Below are positions 18,193 to 29,442 of a stretch of DNA of 64,000 nucleotides, piece after piece. Numbering within the stretch: the stretch's first letter is position 1; every line of letters begins with the position of its first letter. Origin of the DNA: an uncultured Candidatus Saccharibacteria bacterium (GTDB lineage: Bacteria; Patescibacteriota; Minisyncoccia; Phycocordibacterales; UBA9973); contig CAYIBP010000001.1 in NCBI GenBank assembly GCA_964361705.1, positions 26,727-90,726 on the forward strand, given 5' to 3'. The translations under genes and the position numbers were made by a program. The notes under the pieces were generated by a model, which did no database searches, was not told where the DNA came from, and was given only the letters and a program-made list of their open reading frames with translations.

Positions 18193-18313
18193 AAATGTAA
18201 AGTCAGGGAAATGCTATTTTTGGGTCGCTGTCTGGCGTTCCTACGCCAGCGCTGCCTCTCGGCCCGTCGGCCTGCGAGACACCCAAAAATAGCATTTCCC
18301 TGACTTTACATTT
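18193..18313. mobile_element. MITE-like element: perfect 33-bp terminal inverted repeats around a 55-bp GC-rich core
   Basis: AAATGTAAAGTCAGGGAAATGCTATTTTTGGGT (18193-18225) and exact reverse complement (18281-18313). Confidence 0.55.
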
Positions 18314-18386
18314 CTCCACACTTTAATAACACCTTACCCACTTTTGTGGTTTTTGACATAGTTTGCACTGTGCTAAAATGCACTCA

Positions 18387-19781
18387 ATGAAACAACAAAC
18401 AAGAAATGGTGATATACGCCTGCCCCCTCAACACACGACTTCTGAGCAAGCCGTTCTGGGTTCTATTATGCTCCGCAAAGATGCTGTACACGAAGTTGAA
18501 GACATGATAACTCCGGATTCTTTTTATGCTGAAAAAAATAAAATAATTTTTCAAGCGATGCTCGACCTGTCAATGAAAAGCGAACCGATAGATATGCTCT
18601 CGCTTTCTACTAAGCTAAGCGAACAAAAACTTTTAGAAAGAATAGGAGGCAATCAATATTTGGCAGAACTCGTAAATACTGTTCCCTCTTCCGCAAATAT
18701 AAAACACTACGCAAACATAGTACAAAAAAAATATGTACTGCGCAGTCTGATAGAAGCCGCAGATTATGTATCGGAACTGGCTTTTGAAGAAGGTGATGAT
18801 CATATGGACGATATTTTGGATCTAGCAGAAAAAAGAATGTTTAGCGTTGTGTCTTCGCCTAAAAATCAAAAATACACAAACTTGAAAGACGCATTGCCAG
18901 AAGCTTGGGAGAGACTCGAAAAACTGCATGAACACAAAGGCGCCTTGCGCGGACTGCCTACAGGATTCAAAGATCTGGATTCAATGCTTTCTGGATTACA
19001 AAATTCCGACCTCGTCATCTTGGCGGCAAGACCTTCAATGGGTAAGACCACGCTAGCTCTTGATATCGCCCGCATATCAGCCGTTACTCATGATAAATCT
19101 ATTTTAATATTCTCTCTTGAAATGTCTTCACAGCAACTTGTAGATAGAATGCTATCCGCTCAATCTCGTGTGAATGCTTGGAATTTGCGTACTGGGCACC
19201 TTTCTTCTGATCGAGATTTTTCACAACTCCGTGATTCTTTAGATAAACTTGCGAAAGCAAAAATATATATAGATGATCAACCAGGCAATTCTATAGTTAA
19301 AATGAAAGCTCTGGCTCGCAGATTAAAAGCTGAAAAAGGATTGGATTTGGTCGTGGTAGATTATCTTCAACTTATGACAACTTCCAAAAATTACGACTCT
19401 ATGGTCAACCAAGTTACTGAAATTTCTCGCTCTCTAAAAAGTTTAGCGAAGGAGCTTGATATACCGGTGCTTGCCCTTTCTCAGCTGTCTCGCGCAGTCG
19501 AATCCCGCGGAGGTAAACCTCGACTCTCTGATCTACGAGACTCTGGATCCATCGAACAAGATGCAGATGTGGTAATGTTTATACATAGAGAAGATAAAGG
19601 CAAAGATGAATCCGAACGCACGAACATCGCCGAAATATTGATAGAAAAACACAGAAACGGACCGACCGGCAAAGTGGATTTGTACTTTGACGAAAAAACT
19701 ACTACTTTCCTAAACCTTGAGAAAAGTAGTTTGAGTGAATTTTCTCAAGCAAAGGTCAGTGATGATTTGGAAGCATTTTAA
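18387..19781 (+). CDS. dnaB: Replicative DNA helicase
   Basis: EQAVLG, AARPSMGKT, FSLEM, VDYLQL, SQLSR, DLRDSGSIEQDAD, KHRNGP. Confidence 0.96.
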   Translation: MKQQTRNGDIRLPPQHTTSEQAVLGSIMLRKDAVHEVEDMITPDSFYAEKNKIIFQAMLDLSMKSEPIDMLSLSTKLSEQKLLERIGGNQYLAELVNTVPSSANIKHYANIVQKKYVLRSLIEAADYVSELAFEEGDDHMDDILDLAEKRMFSVVSSPKNQKYTNLKDALPEAWERLEKLHEHKGALRGLPTGFKDLDSMLSGLQNSDLVILAARPSMGKTTLALDIARISAVTHDKSILIFSLEMSSQQLVDRMLSAQSRVNAWNLRTGHLSSDRDFSQLRDSLDKLAKAKIYIDDQPGNSIVKMKALARRLKAEKGLDLVVVDYLQLMTTSKNYDSMVNQVTEISRSLKSLAKELDIPVLALSQLSRAVESRGGKPRLSDLRDSGSIEQDADVVMFIHREDKGKDESERTNIAEILIEKHRNGPTGKVDLYFDEKTTTFLNLEKSSLSEFSQAKVSDDLEAF

Positions 19782-20392
19782 TGAACACTATAGAAAAATT
19801 AACAGAAATATTTAAGGAATTCCCTGGCATAGGAGAACGTCAAGCTAAACGCTTTGTGTATTTTTTGATGGGCAGACAAAATGGCTATACTACCCTACTC
19901 TCTGATCTCATAAAAGAATTAAAAAAAGAAGTAATGCAATGCAGTGAATGTTTCAAATTCTTTTTACTCAAAGACAATAATGCCAAAATCTGCGAGATAT
20001 GCAGTTCGAGCAACACAGATGATGCGGTATTGATGATAGTAGAAAAAGATTCTGATTTAGAGAGTGTAAATAAAAGCAGGGTCTATGCTGGTAAATATTT
20101 CATTCTTGGCGGACTCGTGCCGATAGTCGAGAAAAACACAAACAGCAGGATCAGAGTAAACGAACTTTTAAGTAAAATAAATAGAGAAAAAAATCTGCGA
20201 GAAATCATCTTGGCTTTTTCTCTTTCTCCCCAAGGCAATCATACAGATTTTTATATACGAAATCAGTTGAAAAATCTCACAGAAGAAAAAAATATAAAAA
20301 TATCCTCTCTCGGCCGAGGCCTCTCCACCGGCACCGAACTGGAATATTCCGATAACGACACTCTCAGAAATGCGTTAAAAAATAGACAATAA
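19781..20392 (+). CDS. recR: Recombination mediator RecR
   Basis: FPGIGERQAKR HhH, CSEC..CEIC, Toprim, GTELEY. Confidence 0.9.
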   Translation: MNTIEKLTEIFKEFPGIGERQAKRFVYFLMGRQNGYTTLLSDLIKELKKEVMQCSECFKFFLLKDNNAKICEICSSSNTDDAVLMIVEKDSDLESVNKSRVYAGKYFILGGLVPIVEKNTNSRIRVNELLSKINREKNLREIILAFSLSPQGNHTDFYIRNQLKNLTEEKNIKISSLGRGLSTGTELEYSDNDTLRNALKNRQ

Positions 20393-20418
20393 AAAATTCC
20401 GCTTTAGCGGAATTTTTT
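20391..20418. terminator. Bidirectional intrinsic terminator between recR and rplU
   Basis: AAAAAATTCCGC-TTTA-GCGGAATTTTTT. Confidence 0.85.
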
Positions 20419-20734
20419 ATTTTATAGAAATTATTTTTACTTTGAAGAAAGGCTGGCGATGGCCATTTCTGCGTAGATAACGAGATTTTTGTTTGTATTT
20501 TATCACCATCACTTTGCGTGCGCGTCCGATACCGACTATTTCTGCGTCAACTTTTGCACCTGTGATATAAGGAGCACCGATAGTAGTATCTTTGCCATTA
20601 TCAACAAGTAAAACCTGATCAAAAGACACTTTGTCTCCAACTTTGTATTCGCCTTTCATTTTCTCAATAGAAACAAGAGTGCCTGCTGACACCTTGTATT
20701 GTTTTCCCCCTGTTTGTATAACTGCAAATTCCAT
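20417..20734 (-). CDS. rplU: 50S ribosomal protein L21
   Basis: MEFAVIQTGGKQYKV...GHRQ. Confidence 0.96.
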   Translation of the reverse strand: MEFAVIQTGGKQYKVSAGTLVSIEKMKGEYKVGDKVSFDQVLLVDNGKDTTIGAPYITGAKVDAEIVGIGRARKVMVIKYKQKSRYLRRNGHRQPFFKVKIISIK

Positions 20735-20809
20735 GAGTTTGATAATATATGATTTCCCCAAAAAAAGCAAGCTTTGCCTTGATATATTGTGTTACAATTA
20801 GACCCAGAT

Positions 20810-22591
20810 ATGAAAAGTATATTCAATAACCCTGTTTTATACCTTGCTCGAAAGATGTATCATTACGCCGGGAAAAGACGCAGAAAGATCTCCTGGACCA
20901 CCACTATGTTCATAATGTCCGGCTTGATATATGCTGCTCAGCCTTTGGTATTTGCCTATTTCCTAAACTCAATTCAAAAAAATGGAATAACCAAAGAAAA
21001 CATACTGACTTTATTCTCAGCATTATTACTTTTTCTCTTATGCGAGCTTGGATCTTGGGCATTTTGGGGTCCAGGCAGAATCATAGAGCAAGACACGGCT
21101 TTTACAATAAAAAAGAACTACAAAGAATATTTACTTCGCGGGGTGATGGCTTTGCCACTCTCTTGGCATACAGATCACCATTCTGGAGATACAATAGACA
21201 AAGTGGAAAAAGGCACAAATGCGATATTTTATTTTTCTGAAAGTACTTTCGAATTCATCGATGCGTTCATTAGAATCATCATTTCGTTTGTGGCTCTAAT
21301 CTTTCTAGATTTGTATTCAGCAATAGTAGTAATTGTGACATCTCTGTTTATCTTTTATATCATGATCTATTACGACAAGATGATAATTCCTGGATACAGT
21401 ATAGTAAACAAACTGGAAAATAAAACCTCCGCCAAAATATTTGACATCATCAGCAATATCACTACTGTCATCATACTGCGTATAGAGAATCTAGTCTTCA
21501 AATCCATCAGCAAAGCCATCGATCTGCCTTTTTCTCAATTCAGGAAAAATAACATAAACAACGAATTCAAGTGGTTTTGGGCAGCGGTTTTAGGTCAATC
21601 TTCCATAGTCATAGCTCTCGCTATTTATTTATTTTCAAACATTAGTACAGGCAAGGTCATACTCGTGGGTTCTATTTATATACTGTATAGCTATGCTTCC
21701 CGAGTACGAGAGACTTTCTTTAGTTTTGCACATCTTTACAACAGAGCCGTACGATGGAAATCAAACATAATAAACGCTGAAGAAATTTCGAAAGATTTTA
21801 TGCAAACTGCTTTGCTTGAAGACAGATATCTTCCAAAAAAATGGCAACACATATCCATAAACAATCTTTCTTTTTCTTACCATGATGAAGAGGGCGCAGA
21901 GTTACATCTAAATGATGTAAATGTGGACTTCGAAAGAGGTAGCAAAATAGCCGTGATTGGAGAGTCTGGAGGAGGCAAGACCACATTCCTCAAACTTTTC
22001 CGCGGGCTTTATATGCCAAAACAAATCAACCTCATGATTGATAAGAAGCAATTTGCCGAAGATTTCAATCTAATCAGCGATTCGATCTCTCTGATCCCTC
22101 AAGACCCTGAAATATTTTCTACGACAATTCGTGAAAACATAACTTTGGGTGTAGATTATACGGATAGAGAGATCAAAAAATTCATGGACATGGCTGCATT
22201 TTCTGATGTGTTAAAACGTCTACCAAAAGGCCTTGAGTCAAATATCGTAGAAAAGGGAGTAAACCTAAGCGGTGGCGAAAAACAGCGCTTGGCTCTCGCT
22301 CGCGGATTACTCGCATCAAAGGATAAAGACATCATACTATTAGATGAACCGACAAGTAGCGTAGACTTTCATAATGAACTTTATATATATGAAAATATCT
22401 TTGCCAGCTTTCCAAAGAAAACTGTCATCTCATCTATCCACAGACTCCATCTGCTTTCTCTTTTTGATGAGATCTTCTTTTTCAAAGATGGCAAGATAAT
22501 AACACGTGGCACACTGGAAGAACTGAAAACAAATTCTCCAGAATTCATGTCTCTTTGGGACAAATACTTGAAGACACAAGAAAATTCGTGA
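20810..22591 (+). CDS. ABC exporter, fused TMD-NBD
   Basis: TM domain followed by GESGGGKT, LSGGEKQR, LDEPTS, IHRL. Confidence 0.9.
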   Translation: MKSIFNNPVLYLARKMYHYAGKRRRKISWTTTMFIMSGLIYAAQPLVFAYFLNSIQKNGITKENILTLFSALLLFLLCELGSWAFWGPGRIIEQDTAFTIKKNYKEYLLRGVMALPLSWHTDHHSGDTIDKVEKGTNAIFYFSESTFEFIDAFIRIIISFVALIFLDLYSAIVVIVTSLFIFYIMIYYDKMIIPGYSIVNKLENKTSAKIFDIISNITTVIILRIENLVFKSISKAIDLPFSQFRKNNINNEFKWFWAAVLGQSSIVIALAIYLFSNISTGKVILVGSIYILYSYASRVRETFFSFAHLYNRAVRWKSNIINAEEISKDFMQTALLEDRYLPKKWQHISINNLSFSYHDEEGAELHLNDVNVDFERGSKIAVIGESGGGKTTFLKLFRGLYMPKQINLMIDKKQFAEDFNLISDSISLIPQDPEIFSTTIRENITLGVDYTDREIKKFMDMAAFSDVLKRLPKGLESNIVEKGVNLSGGEKQRLALARGLLASKDKDIILLDEPTSSVDFHNELYIYENIFASFPKKTVISSIHRLHLLSLFDEIFFFKDGKIITRGTLEELKTNSPEFMSLWDKYLKTQENS

Positions 22592-22604
22592 TATAATGAA
22601 ATTT

Positions 22605-23630
22605 ATGCAAACAAAAATTATTGAGAGATATTTTTTCTTCGCTTTATTATTCGTAACTTTCGTTTTTTCTGTTCTAATCTTCCGCCCTTTCTGGGTAGTT
22701 CTTGTGTTGGGAGTATCTTTCTCTGTTGTACTTTATCCTGTATACGAGTGGCTTAAAGAAAAGATGAAAACGCCAGATTGGCTGTCTTCCGCGCTCACCG
22801 TACTTTTGTTTGTGTTTATTGTAGCCATTCCCCTGTTTGGGATAGGAGTGATGGTATTCAATCAAAGCCAAGACGCCTATCATGTCATAGTGAACAATGT
22901 CGACTCCTTGTCATTCTTGGATACTGTCAATGTTTCAATAAACAAAATTCTGCCTGAAAATATGTCCTTTGATTTATACGACAAACTTTCTGGCTTTATT
23001 TCATTTGTAGTAAGCAACATAACCGGCATTTTTACTTTTACACTTTCCGCTATTTTTTCAGCTCTGTTGACTCTGCTTGCAGTTTTTTATTTCTTGAAAG
23101 ATGGTGCAAGCTGGAAGAAATCTTTAATAACATTGAGCCCTCTTGCAGATATAGATGATGAGAAAATCATACAGAAATTATCAAACGGAATAAATGGCAT
23201 ATTAAAGCAATACCTTCTTATGGCGCTTGTTCAAGGTATCCTGATGGGAGTAGGCCTTACATTGTTCGGTGTTCCTAATCCGGCATTATGGGGATTGGTC
23301 ACAATATTTGCCGCGCTAGTGCCTACCATCGGTACAGCTTTGATATCAATACCCGCAATCATATTCCTTTATGCTACAGGCCACGCCATGGCAGCGGCCG
23401 GACTCTTGGTATGGTCAATATCTATGGTGGGAATGATAGACAACTTACTAAGCCCTGTCATAGTGGGTAAAAAAATAAATCTGCCTCCTTTCCTGATTCT
23501 TTTCTCTGTGCTGGGTGGACTGTCTCTTTTAGGACCTATCGGAATACTTATGGGTCCACTTACCGTCAGCTTATTGCACTCTTTGCTTTCTATATATAGA
23601 CATGAATTCCAGCCAAAAAGTATAACCTAA
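22605..23630 (+). CDS. AI-2E family transporter
   Basis: FYFLKDG, GVPNPALWG, DNLLSP, GPIGILMGP. Confidence 0.88.
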   Translation: MQTKIIERYFFFALLFVTFVFSVLIFRPFWVVLVLGVSFSVVLYPVYEWLKEKMKTPDWLSSALTVLLFVFIVAIPLFGIGVMVFNQSQDAYHVIVNNVDSLSFLDTVNVSINKILPENMSFDLYDKLSGFISFVVSNITGIFTFTLSAIFSALLTLLAVFYFLKDGASWKKSLITLSPLADIDDEKIIQKLSNGINGILKQYLLMALVQGILMGVGLTLFGVPNPALWGLVTIFAALVPTIGTALISIPAIIFLYATGHAMAAAGLLVWSISMVGMIDNLLSPVIVGKKINLPPFLILFSVLGGLSLLGPIGILMGPLTVSLLHSLLSIYRHEFQPKSIT

Positions 23631-23635
23631 CCACC

Positions 23636-25006
23636 ATGCCTCTCTCATTCTTTAATACTCTTACAAAAGAAAAAGAAAGCTTCGTTCCGATAAAAAAAGA
23701 TGAGGTCAGTATGTATACTTGTGGACCGACTGTCTACAACTTTGCCCACATCGGCAATCACAGAGCTTATGTTTTTGCTGACATCTTGAAAAGAGTACTA
23801 TTGTACAATGACTTCAAAGTCAAACATGTTATGAATTTGACTGATGTGGATGATAAAACGATTCGCGATTCTCAAAAAGAAAACAAAAAATTAGCAGAGT
23901 TTACAGAGTTTTATTCACAAAAATTTTTTGAAGATATTAAATCGCTAGGAATATTGGAACCTTCCGTGTTTACCAAAGCTACCGACAATATACAGCAAAT
24001 GGTAGATCTGACAGATATATTACTCAAAAAAAGTATTGCCTACAAGAGTGAAGATGGAAGCATTTATTTTAACATCAGAAAGTTTGAAAATTATGGCAAT
24101 CTCTCCAGACTTTCTTTAGAAAACCAGAAAGAAAATGCTTCGGGTAGAATAAAAAAAGACGAATACGAAAAAGATAATGTTGAAGATTTCGCATTATGGA
24201 AAGCATGGGATGAAAATGACGGCGATGTATTTTGGGAAACCCATCTGGGCAAAGGTCGTCCGGGATGGCATATAGAATGTTCTGCGATGAGTATGCGATT
24301 TCTAGGAGAAACTTTGGACATACACACAGGCGGAGTGGATTTGATATTCCCCCACCACGAAAACGAAATAGCTCAATCCGAAGGCGCCACGGAAAAACAA
24401 TTCGTAAAATACTGGGTGCACAATGAATGGGTATTGGTAGATGGCAAAAAAATGTCAAAATCTCTCGGCAATTTTTACACTTTGCGCGATATTGTCGCGA
24501 AAGATATTAATCCTCTCGCTTTTAGATTGTGGCTATTGATGGCGCATTACAGGACAAAAATAAATTTTGTCTGGGAGGCACTAGAAGGCGCAGATACAGC
24601 CCTAAATAGGCTTTACGCCCTTTATAATTCTCTAGGAGAAGATATGGGTACAGTTGACCAAAACTACAGAGAAAAATTTAAACAATACATCAATGATGAT
24701 CTAGACACTCCTCGCGCTCTAACAGTGTTATGGGAAGTGCTAAAAGACGAATCACTGTCTCCTTCTGATAAAAAAGCTACAGTTCTAGATTTCGATAAAG
24801 TTTTAGGTCTTGGCTTTGTAGATGCAAAAACTAAGACAAAAGAAGAAGTTACGATCCCGGACAATATTGCTATTCTTTTGGAAGAACGTAAAAAAAGCAA
24901 AGCAGATAAAGATTTTAAAAAATCCGACGAATTACGCGCGGAAATAAACAGCTTGGGATACGAAGTCAAAGACACAAAAGACGGACAGGAAATTTACAGC
25001 ATCTAA
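23636..25006 (+). CDS. cysS: Cysteinyl-tRNA synthetase
   Basis: CGPTVY..HIGN, DFALWK, GRPGWHIECSAM, PHHENE, KMSKS. Confidence 0.97.
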   Translation: MPLSFFNTLTKEKESFVPIKKDEVSMYTCGPTVYNFAHIGNHRAYVFADILKRVLLYNDFKVKHVMNLTDVDDKTIRDSQKENKKLAEFTEFYSQKFFEDIKSLGILEPSVFTKATDNIQQMVDLTDILLKKSIAYKSEDGSIYFNIRKFENYGNLSRLSLENQKENASGRIKKDEYEKDNVEDFALWKAWDENDGDVFWETHLGKGRPGWHIECSAMSMRFLGETLDIHTGGVDLIFPHHENEIAQSEGATEKQFVKYWVHNEWVLVDGKKMSKSLGNFYTLRDIVAKDINPLAFRLWLLMAHYRTKINFVWEALEGADTALNRLYALYNSLGEDMGTVDQNYREKFKQYINDDLDTPRALTVLWEVLKDESLSPSDKKATVLDFDKVLGLGFVDAKTKTKEEVTIPDNIAILLEERKKSKADKDFKKSDELRAEINSLGYEVKDTKDGQEIYSI

Positions 25007-25013
25007 TAAGAAT

Positions 25014-25934
25014 CTAGTTTTTCTTTGGGAAAATCACAGACATCAGTAAAGATATTCCAAAGACCAGCATAATAACAGAAAAAGAAACTAATGAGGACAA
25101 ATGAAGTCCAACCATACCAAAAAGCATTTTGGCCCCAACAAATACAAGTATAAAGGCAAGGCCTTTCTGTAAATGATGAAACTTGTGTAGAACATTTTCT
25201 ATCAAGAAAAAGAGCGCGCGAAGTCCCATAACGGCAAAAATATTTGAAGTGAATATGATAAATGTGTTTTGAGTTATTGAAAACGCTGCCGGTATTGAAT
25301 CTATGGCAAAAACTATATCTGCACTTTCCACAATCAACAACACCATAAACATTATGGTAGCGTGCAGTTTGCCATTGTCTTTAATGAAAAACTTGCCTTC
25401 ATGGGGAGCTGTAGTAAAAGGTAAAAAGTGTCTGGCAAATTTTATTATTCTACTCTCGTGAAAATTTATATGCTCTTCTTTTTTTTCAAAAAACAATTTG
25501 AAACCTGTATAAATCAAAATTGCCCCAAAAACATAAAGCACAAAATGAAACTGACTGATAACCAAAGACCCGATGCCGATAAATAATGCTCGGAAAATAA
25601 TCGCTCCCAATATGCCCCAAAACAAAACCTTGTGATAGTATTTTTCTTCTAGCTTAAAAAAACTGAAAATAAGGAGTATAACAAATAGGTTGTCTACCGA
25701 AAGCATCTTTTCTGTAACATAAGCACTCAAAAATTCTATGGCCATTATCTTATCCATGAACAAAAATAAGCCTAATGCGAATAAGAGTGCTAAAACTATC
25801 CAAAATATAGATTGGCTCAGCGCCTCTTTTATGCCTATTCTGTGAGCTTTCTTGTTTAGAAATCCCAGATCAAAAACCAAGAAGCCTACAATCAGAATTG
25901 TAAAGACTATTGAAAAAATACTTTGAATTTCCAT
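25014..25934 (-). CDS. TerC/Alx family metal homeostasis membrane protein
   Basis: EKMLSVDNLFV, VLFWGILGA, DIVFAIDSIPA, SNIFAVMGLRAL. Confidence 0.9.
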   Translation of the reverse strand: MEIQSIFSIVFTILIVGFLVFDLGFLNKKAHRIGIKEALSQSIFWIVLALLFALGLFLFMDKIMAIEFLSAYVTEKMLSVDNLFVILLIFSFFKLEEKYYHKVLFWGILGAIIFRALFIGIGSLVISQFHFVLYVFGAILIYTGFKLFFEKKEEHINFHESRIIKFARHFLPFTTAPHEGKFFIKDNGKLHATIMFMVLLIVESADIVFAIDSIPAAFSITQNTFIIFTSNIFAVMGLRALFFLIENVLHKFHHLQKGLAFILVFVGAKMLFGMVGLHLSSLVSFSVIMLVFGISLLMSVIFPKKN

Positions 25935-25957
25935 CGTTAGATGATAGCATATATCTC

Positions 25958-26845
25958 ATGATAGATAAAATCATAAATACAAAAAATATAAAAGGGGCCG
26001 ATGTGGTCTTACTCAGTGCTCCTTATGAAGGAGGTATTTCTTTTATGGGAGGCACCTCAAAAGCTCCGAGAAAAATCATAGATTGTTTGGACAGCAAACT
26101 TGAACTTTTTGATAGAGATTTCCTTTGCGAACCTGCGAAAAAAATAAAAACTGCACACAAAGAGATAAAAGGATTAGAAAAACTCTCTCCCGAAAAAGCA
26201 GCCAAAAAGATCAGCACTGAATACCAGTCTGTATTAAAAGAGAATAAATTTATTATCTTGCTCGGTGGTGAACACGGAGTTTCTTTTGGAGCTCTAGACG
26301 CAATAGCTAAAAATGAAAACCCGAAAGATATCACAATACTACAAATAGACGCCCACCAAGACCTGCGTGATGATAATAGCGATTATAGTGATGAAAAAGA
26401 AAAATTCGCGCATTCTTGCGTAATCAGACGCGCGCACGAGATGGGCTACAATCTAGTCCAAGTGGGCATACGAGTTTATTCAAGATACGAATACGATTAT
26501 TGGCAAAAAAACAAAGACACTATCACGGTCTTTGAATGGAACGGAGATAAAATTCCAGATATTTCAGAAATCTTAAAATCAATAAAAACAAAAAAAGTTT
26601 ATCTGTCTATAGATGTGGATGGATTTGATCCTGCTCATATGCCCGGCACCGGTACCCCAGTGCAAGGTGGTCTGGAATGGAATTATGGGCTTTCATTAAT
26701 AAAAGAAACAATAAAACAAAGAGATGTCGTTGGCGCAGATATAGTAGAAGTTTCCCCACAAAAAGATTCCGTCATCACCGAAGCCGGCGCCGCATTTCTG
26801 GTCTACAAAATAATGGCGCAGAAATTCGCAAATAAACTCAAATAG
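25958..26845 (+). CDS. speB: Agmatinase (ureohydrolase family)
   Basis: GGEH, DAHQD, SIDVDGFDP, PGTGTP, DIVEVSP. Confidence 0.87.
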   Translation: MIDKIINTKNIKGADVVLLSAPYEGGISFMGGTSKAPRKIIDCLDSKLELFDRDFLCEPAKKIKTAHKEIKGLEKLSPEKAAKKISTEYQSVLKENKFIILLGGEHGVSFGALDAIAKNENPKDITILQIDAHQDLRDDNSDYSDEKEKFAHSCVIRRAHEMGYNLVQVGIRVYSRYEYDYWQKNKDTITVFEWNGDKIPDISEILKSIKTKKVYLSIDVDGFDPAHMPGTGTPVQGGLEWNYGLSLIKETIKQRDVVGADIVEVSPQKDSVITEAGAAFLVYKIMAQKFANKLK

Positions 26846-26859
26846 AAATCTATAAAGCT

Positions 26860-27963
26860 TTATATCCCCTCTTTCTTTAATTCCCCTATTATTTCTCTTT
26901 CTTTGCGGGAAAGTTTTTTGGGAAGTTTTATTTCAAGTTTTATTAGTAAGTCTCCGCGTTTACTCTTTGATACGGGCACGCCTCTGCCTCTGACACGCAA
27001 TATCTCGCCTATGGATACGCCTTCGGGAATCTTTACATCTATCTTGCCGTCTAGAGTTTCTATCTCGTATTCTGCGCCGAGCAGAGCATCTGTGAGCTTG
27101 AGGTCCAGATCCATCACCAAATCACTACCTTCTCTTTTAAAAACTGGATGACTCGCAACATTTATCTTTATATACAAGTCTCCTGCTGTGCCTTTTGACA
27201 CCGCTTCGCCTACACCTGTCATGCGCACCATTTCACCATTGCGAATACCAGATGGCACATTAATAGTTATTTCTTCTTGGCGACGCAAGACACCTTTGCC
27301 TTTACAAGTATCGCATTTTTCTTTTGGCACAGTACCGGAGCCCAGACACTCTTCGCAAAGCTTCGTACTTGAAATAGTACCTAGAATCGTGCGTTTTGCT
27401 TCGCGTATTTTTCCCTGGCCATTGCAATATTTGCAAGTTTCCATTTTCGTATCTTTCTTTGCTCCAGAACCACTGCAAGTCGCACAAGTCGAAGTCTTTG
27501 TTATCAAAATCTTTCTTGTTACACCAAATACAGCGTCAGCAAAAGAAATCTGTATTTCAGTAGAAACATCCCTGCCTCTTCGTTCTTGTGTCCTGCCCCC
27601 ACCCATACCGCCAGTGAAAAAATCACTAAAGATATCATTTAAATTTCCAAAATCAAATTCTGCTCCGCCATTTTGAAATCCCTGAGAAAAACCACCGAAA
27701 TCAAACCCTTCAAATCCGCCAAAGCCCTGACCTTGTCCACCTCCGCCCATGTTTGCATAGTTTGCGCCAAATTGATCGTATTTTGATCTCTTGCCGTCAT
27801 CAGAAAGAGTTTGGTACGCCTCATTTACTTCTTTAAATTTTTTTTCATCTCCTTCTTTTTTGTCGGGATGATATTTGTGCGCCATTTTATAGAACGCTTT
27901 TTTTATTTCGTCTTTCGATGCGCCCTTATTTACACCTAAAATTTCATAGTAATCCTTGCTCAT
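26860..27963 (-). CDS. dnaJ: Chaperone DnaJ
   Basis: HPD J-domain, G/F region, four CxxCxGxG repeats. Confidence 0.97.
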   Translation of the reverse strand: MSKDYYEILGVNKGASKDEIKKAFYKMAHKYHPDKKEGDEKKFKEVNEAYQTLSDDGKRSKYDQFGANYANMGGGGQGQGFGGFEGFDFGGFSQGFQNGGAEFDFGNLNDIFSDFFTGGMGGGRTQERRGRDVSTEIQISFADAVFGVTRKILITKTSTCATCSGSGAKKDTKMETCKYCNGQGKIREAKRTILGTISSTKLCEECLGSGTVPKEKCDTCKGKGVLRRQEEITINVPSGIRNGEMVRMTGVGEAVSKGTAGDLYIKINVASHPVFKREGSDLVMDLDLKLTDALLGAEYEIETLDGKIDVKIPEGVSIGEILRVRGRGVPVSKSKRGDLLIKLEIKLPKKLSRKEREIIGELKKEGI

Positions 27964-27970
27964 ACGCACA

Positions 27971-29437
27971 CTATATCATAGGTTCGGCTTCTTGTGAAAT
28001 TGCTTTCTGTATTTTTTCTTCATTAGAATCTTTGCCTTTGTTGGTGATAGCGGCCTTTTCTTCCGCGCTTCGGATGATAGTAGATTCTTCTTCCTCAATC
28101 AATTTCTTGGCATCTCCTCTTGATATGGCAAACTTTTTGCGTGAAGCCGCGATGATTTCTGCTTTGTATGAAGGATGCGTTGGTGGCAATATGCGCAGAG
28201 TCTCGGCAGAAAATGGATCATAACTTTCTCCATCTATTGTCATTTTTATATATATTTCCCCCACTGCCAGATTGATCATATCCTTCACACCGAAAAGCGG
28301 ATCGAATTCTGGTTTTAGTTTTACAGCGTCCTCCCCCCCCACACGAAATGAAATAATACTTCCAGTATTTCCTAGCACCGCCTGATATATTTTCGGATTT
28401 ATTTGGCCGACATATTGGTGCGCCATGGTCAGATTGAGTCCGTATTTTCGCGCCTCTGACAAAATGTTTTCAAATGTTTGCGTCACGACATTTTGAAACT
28501 CATCAACATATATGTAAAAATCAACACGATCTTTCTCTGGAATATTGGCACGCTCCATACCCGCCTGTTTTATCTTGGTCAAGAACATAGATCCAAAGAA
28601 AGAAGAATTTTCTTCACCTATGCGTCCTTTAGAAAGATTGATAAAGATTATTTTCTTCTCGTTCATCAACTTGCTTATGTCTATGCGGTTTTCCTTTTGC
28701 CCGAAAATATTTCGAAGCAATGGATCAGATAAAAACTGCCCGAGTTTGTTGACGAGCGGTATGATAGCGTCCGTGTCGAACTTTTCAGACCAATCGGCGA
28801 ATTCGATAGCGAAGAATCTTTTCACCATATCGTCTTGGATGTACTCCACCACTTTCTGTCTGTAATTTCTATCCGTCAACATCGAAATCATTCCACGCAT
28901 AGTGGCGTATGGGTAGTCTAGGAGCGCCAGACAAGTAAAACGAAAAACGTGCTCCAAACGCGGAGTCCAGTTGGCACCGAATTGCTTTTGCAAAACTTCG
29001 ATCAAACCCTGCGTCAATTGGAATTTGAACTGCGGATCGACATTCGACAGTGGGTTGAATGATGCGGGATATTCTGTGTCAGATGGATCAATAATGCACA
29101 CATCTTCAATGCGTTCTTTGGGTATATAATCAAGCATTGCCTCTATCACATCACCGTGCGGGTCGATAAGACAAAGACCGTGCCCATAAGTCACATCTTG
29201 ACGAAGCATCAGCTCGAGGAGCTTGGTCTTGCCGACACCAGACTTGCCTATGATATACAAGTGCCTGCGTCTGTCCACGCGCTTGATACCGAAAATAAAT
29301 TTCTTTTCTTCAAGAGCCGCGACATAATTGGTACGCCCGATAAAAGAAACCTCTTCAGGCTTGACCTTGCCAAAAACAGGTAGCTCTGGCGGAGGCGGAC
29401 CGTATTTTATTATCTGCACTCGATTGGGCTTAGACAT
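27971..29437 (-). CDS. VirD4/TrwB/HerA-like coupling ATPase (CPR type)
   Basis: [50 protein letters not shown]. Confidence 0.85.
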   Translation of the reverse strand: MSKPNRVQIIKYGPPPPELPVFGKVKPEEVSFIGRTNYVAALEEKKFIFGIKRVDRRRHLYIIGKSGVGKTKLLELMLRQDVTYGHGLCLIDPHGDVIEAMLDYIPKERIEDVCIIDPSDTEYPASFNPLSNVDPQFKFQLTQGLIEVLQKQFGANWTPRLEHVFRFTCLALLDYPYATMRGMISMLTDRNYRQKVVEYIQDDMVKRFFAIEFADWSEKFDTDAIIPLVNKLGQFLSDPLLRNIFGQKENRIDISKLMNEKKIIFINLSKGRIGEENSSFFGSMFLTKIKQAGMERANIPEKDRVDFYIYVDEFQNVVTQTFENILSEARKYGLNLTMAHQYVGQINPKIYQAVLGNTGSIISFRVGGEDAVKLKPEFDPLFGVKDMINLAVGEIYIKMTIDGESYDPFSAETLRILPPTHPSYKAEIIAASRKKFAISRGDAKKLIEEEESTIIRSAEEKAAITNKGKDSNEEKIQKAISQEAEPMI

Positions 29438-29442
29438 AAATT

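Noticed and set aside
18226-18280. tRNA or Trp T-box upstream of trpS
   Set aside because: No cloverleaf, TTC loop or UGGNACC bulge on either strand
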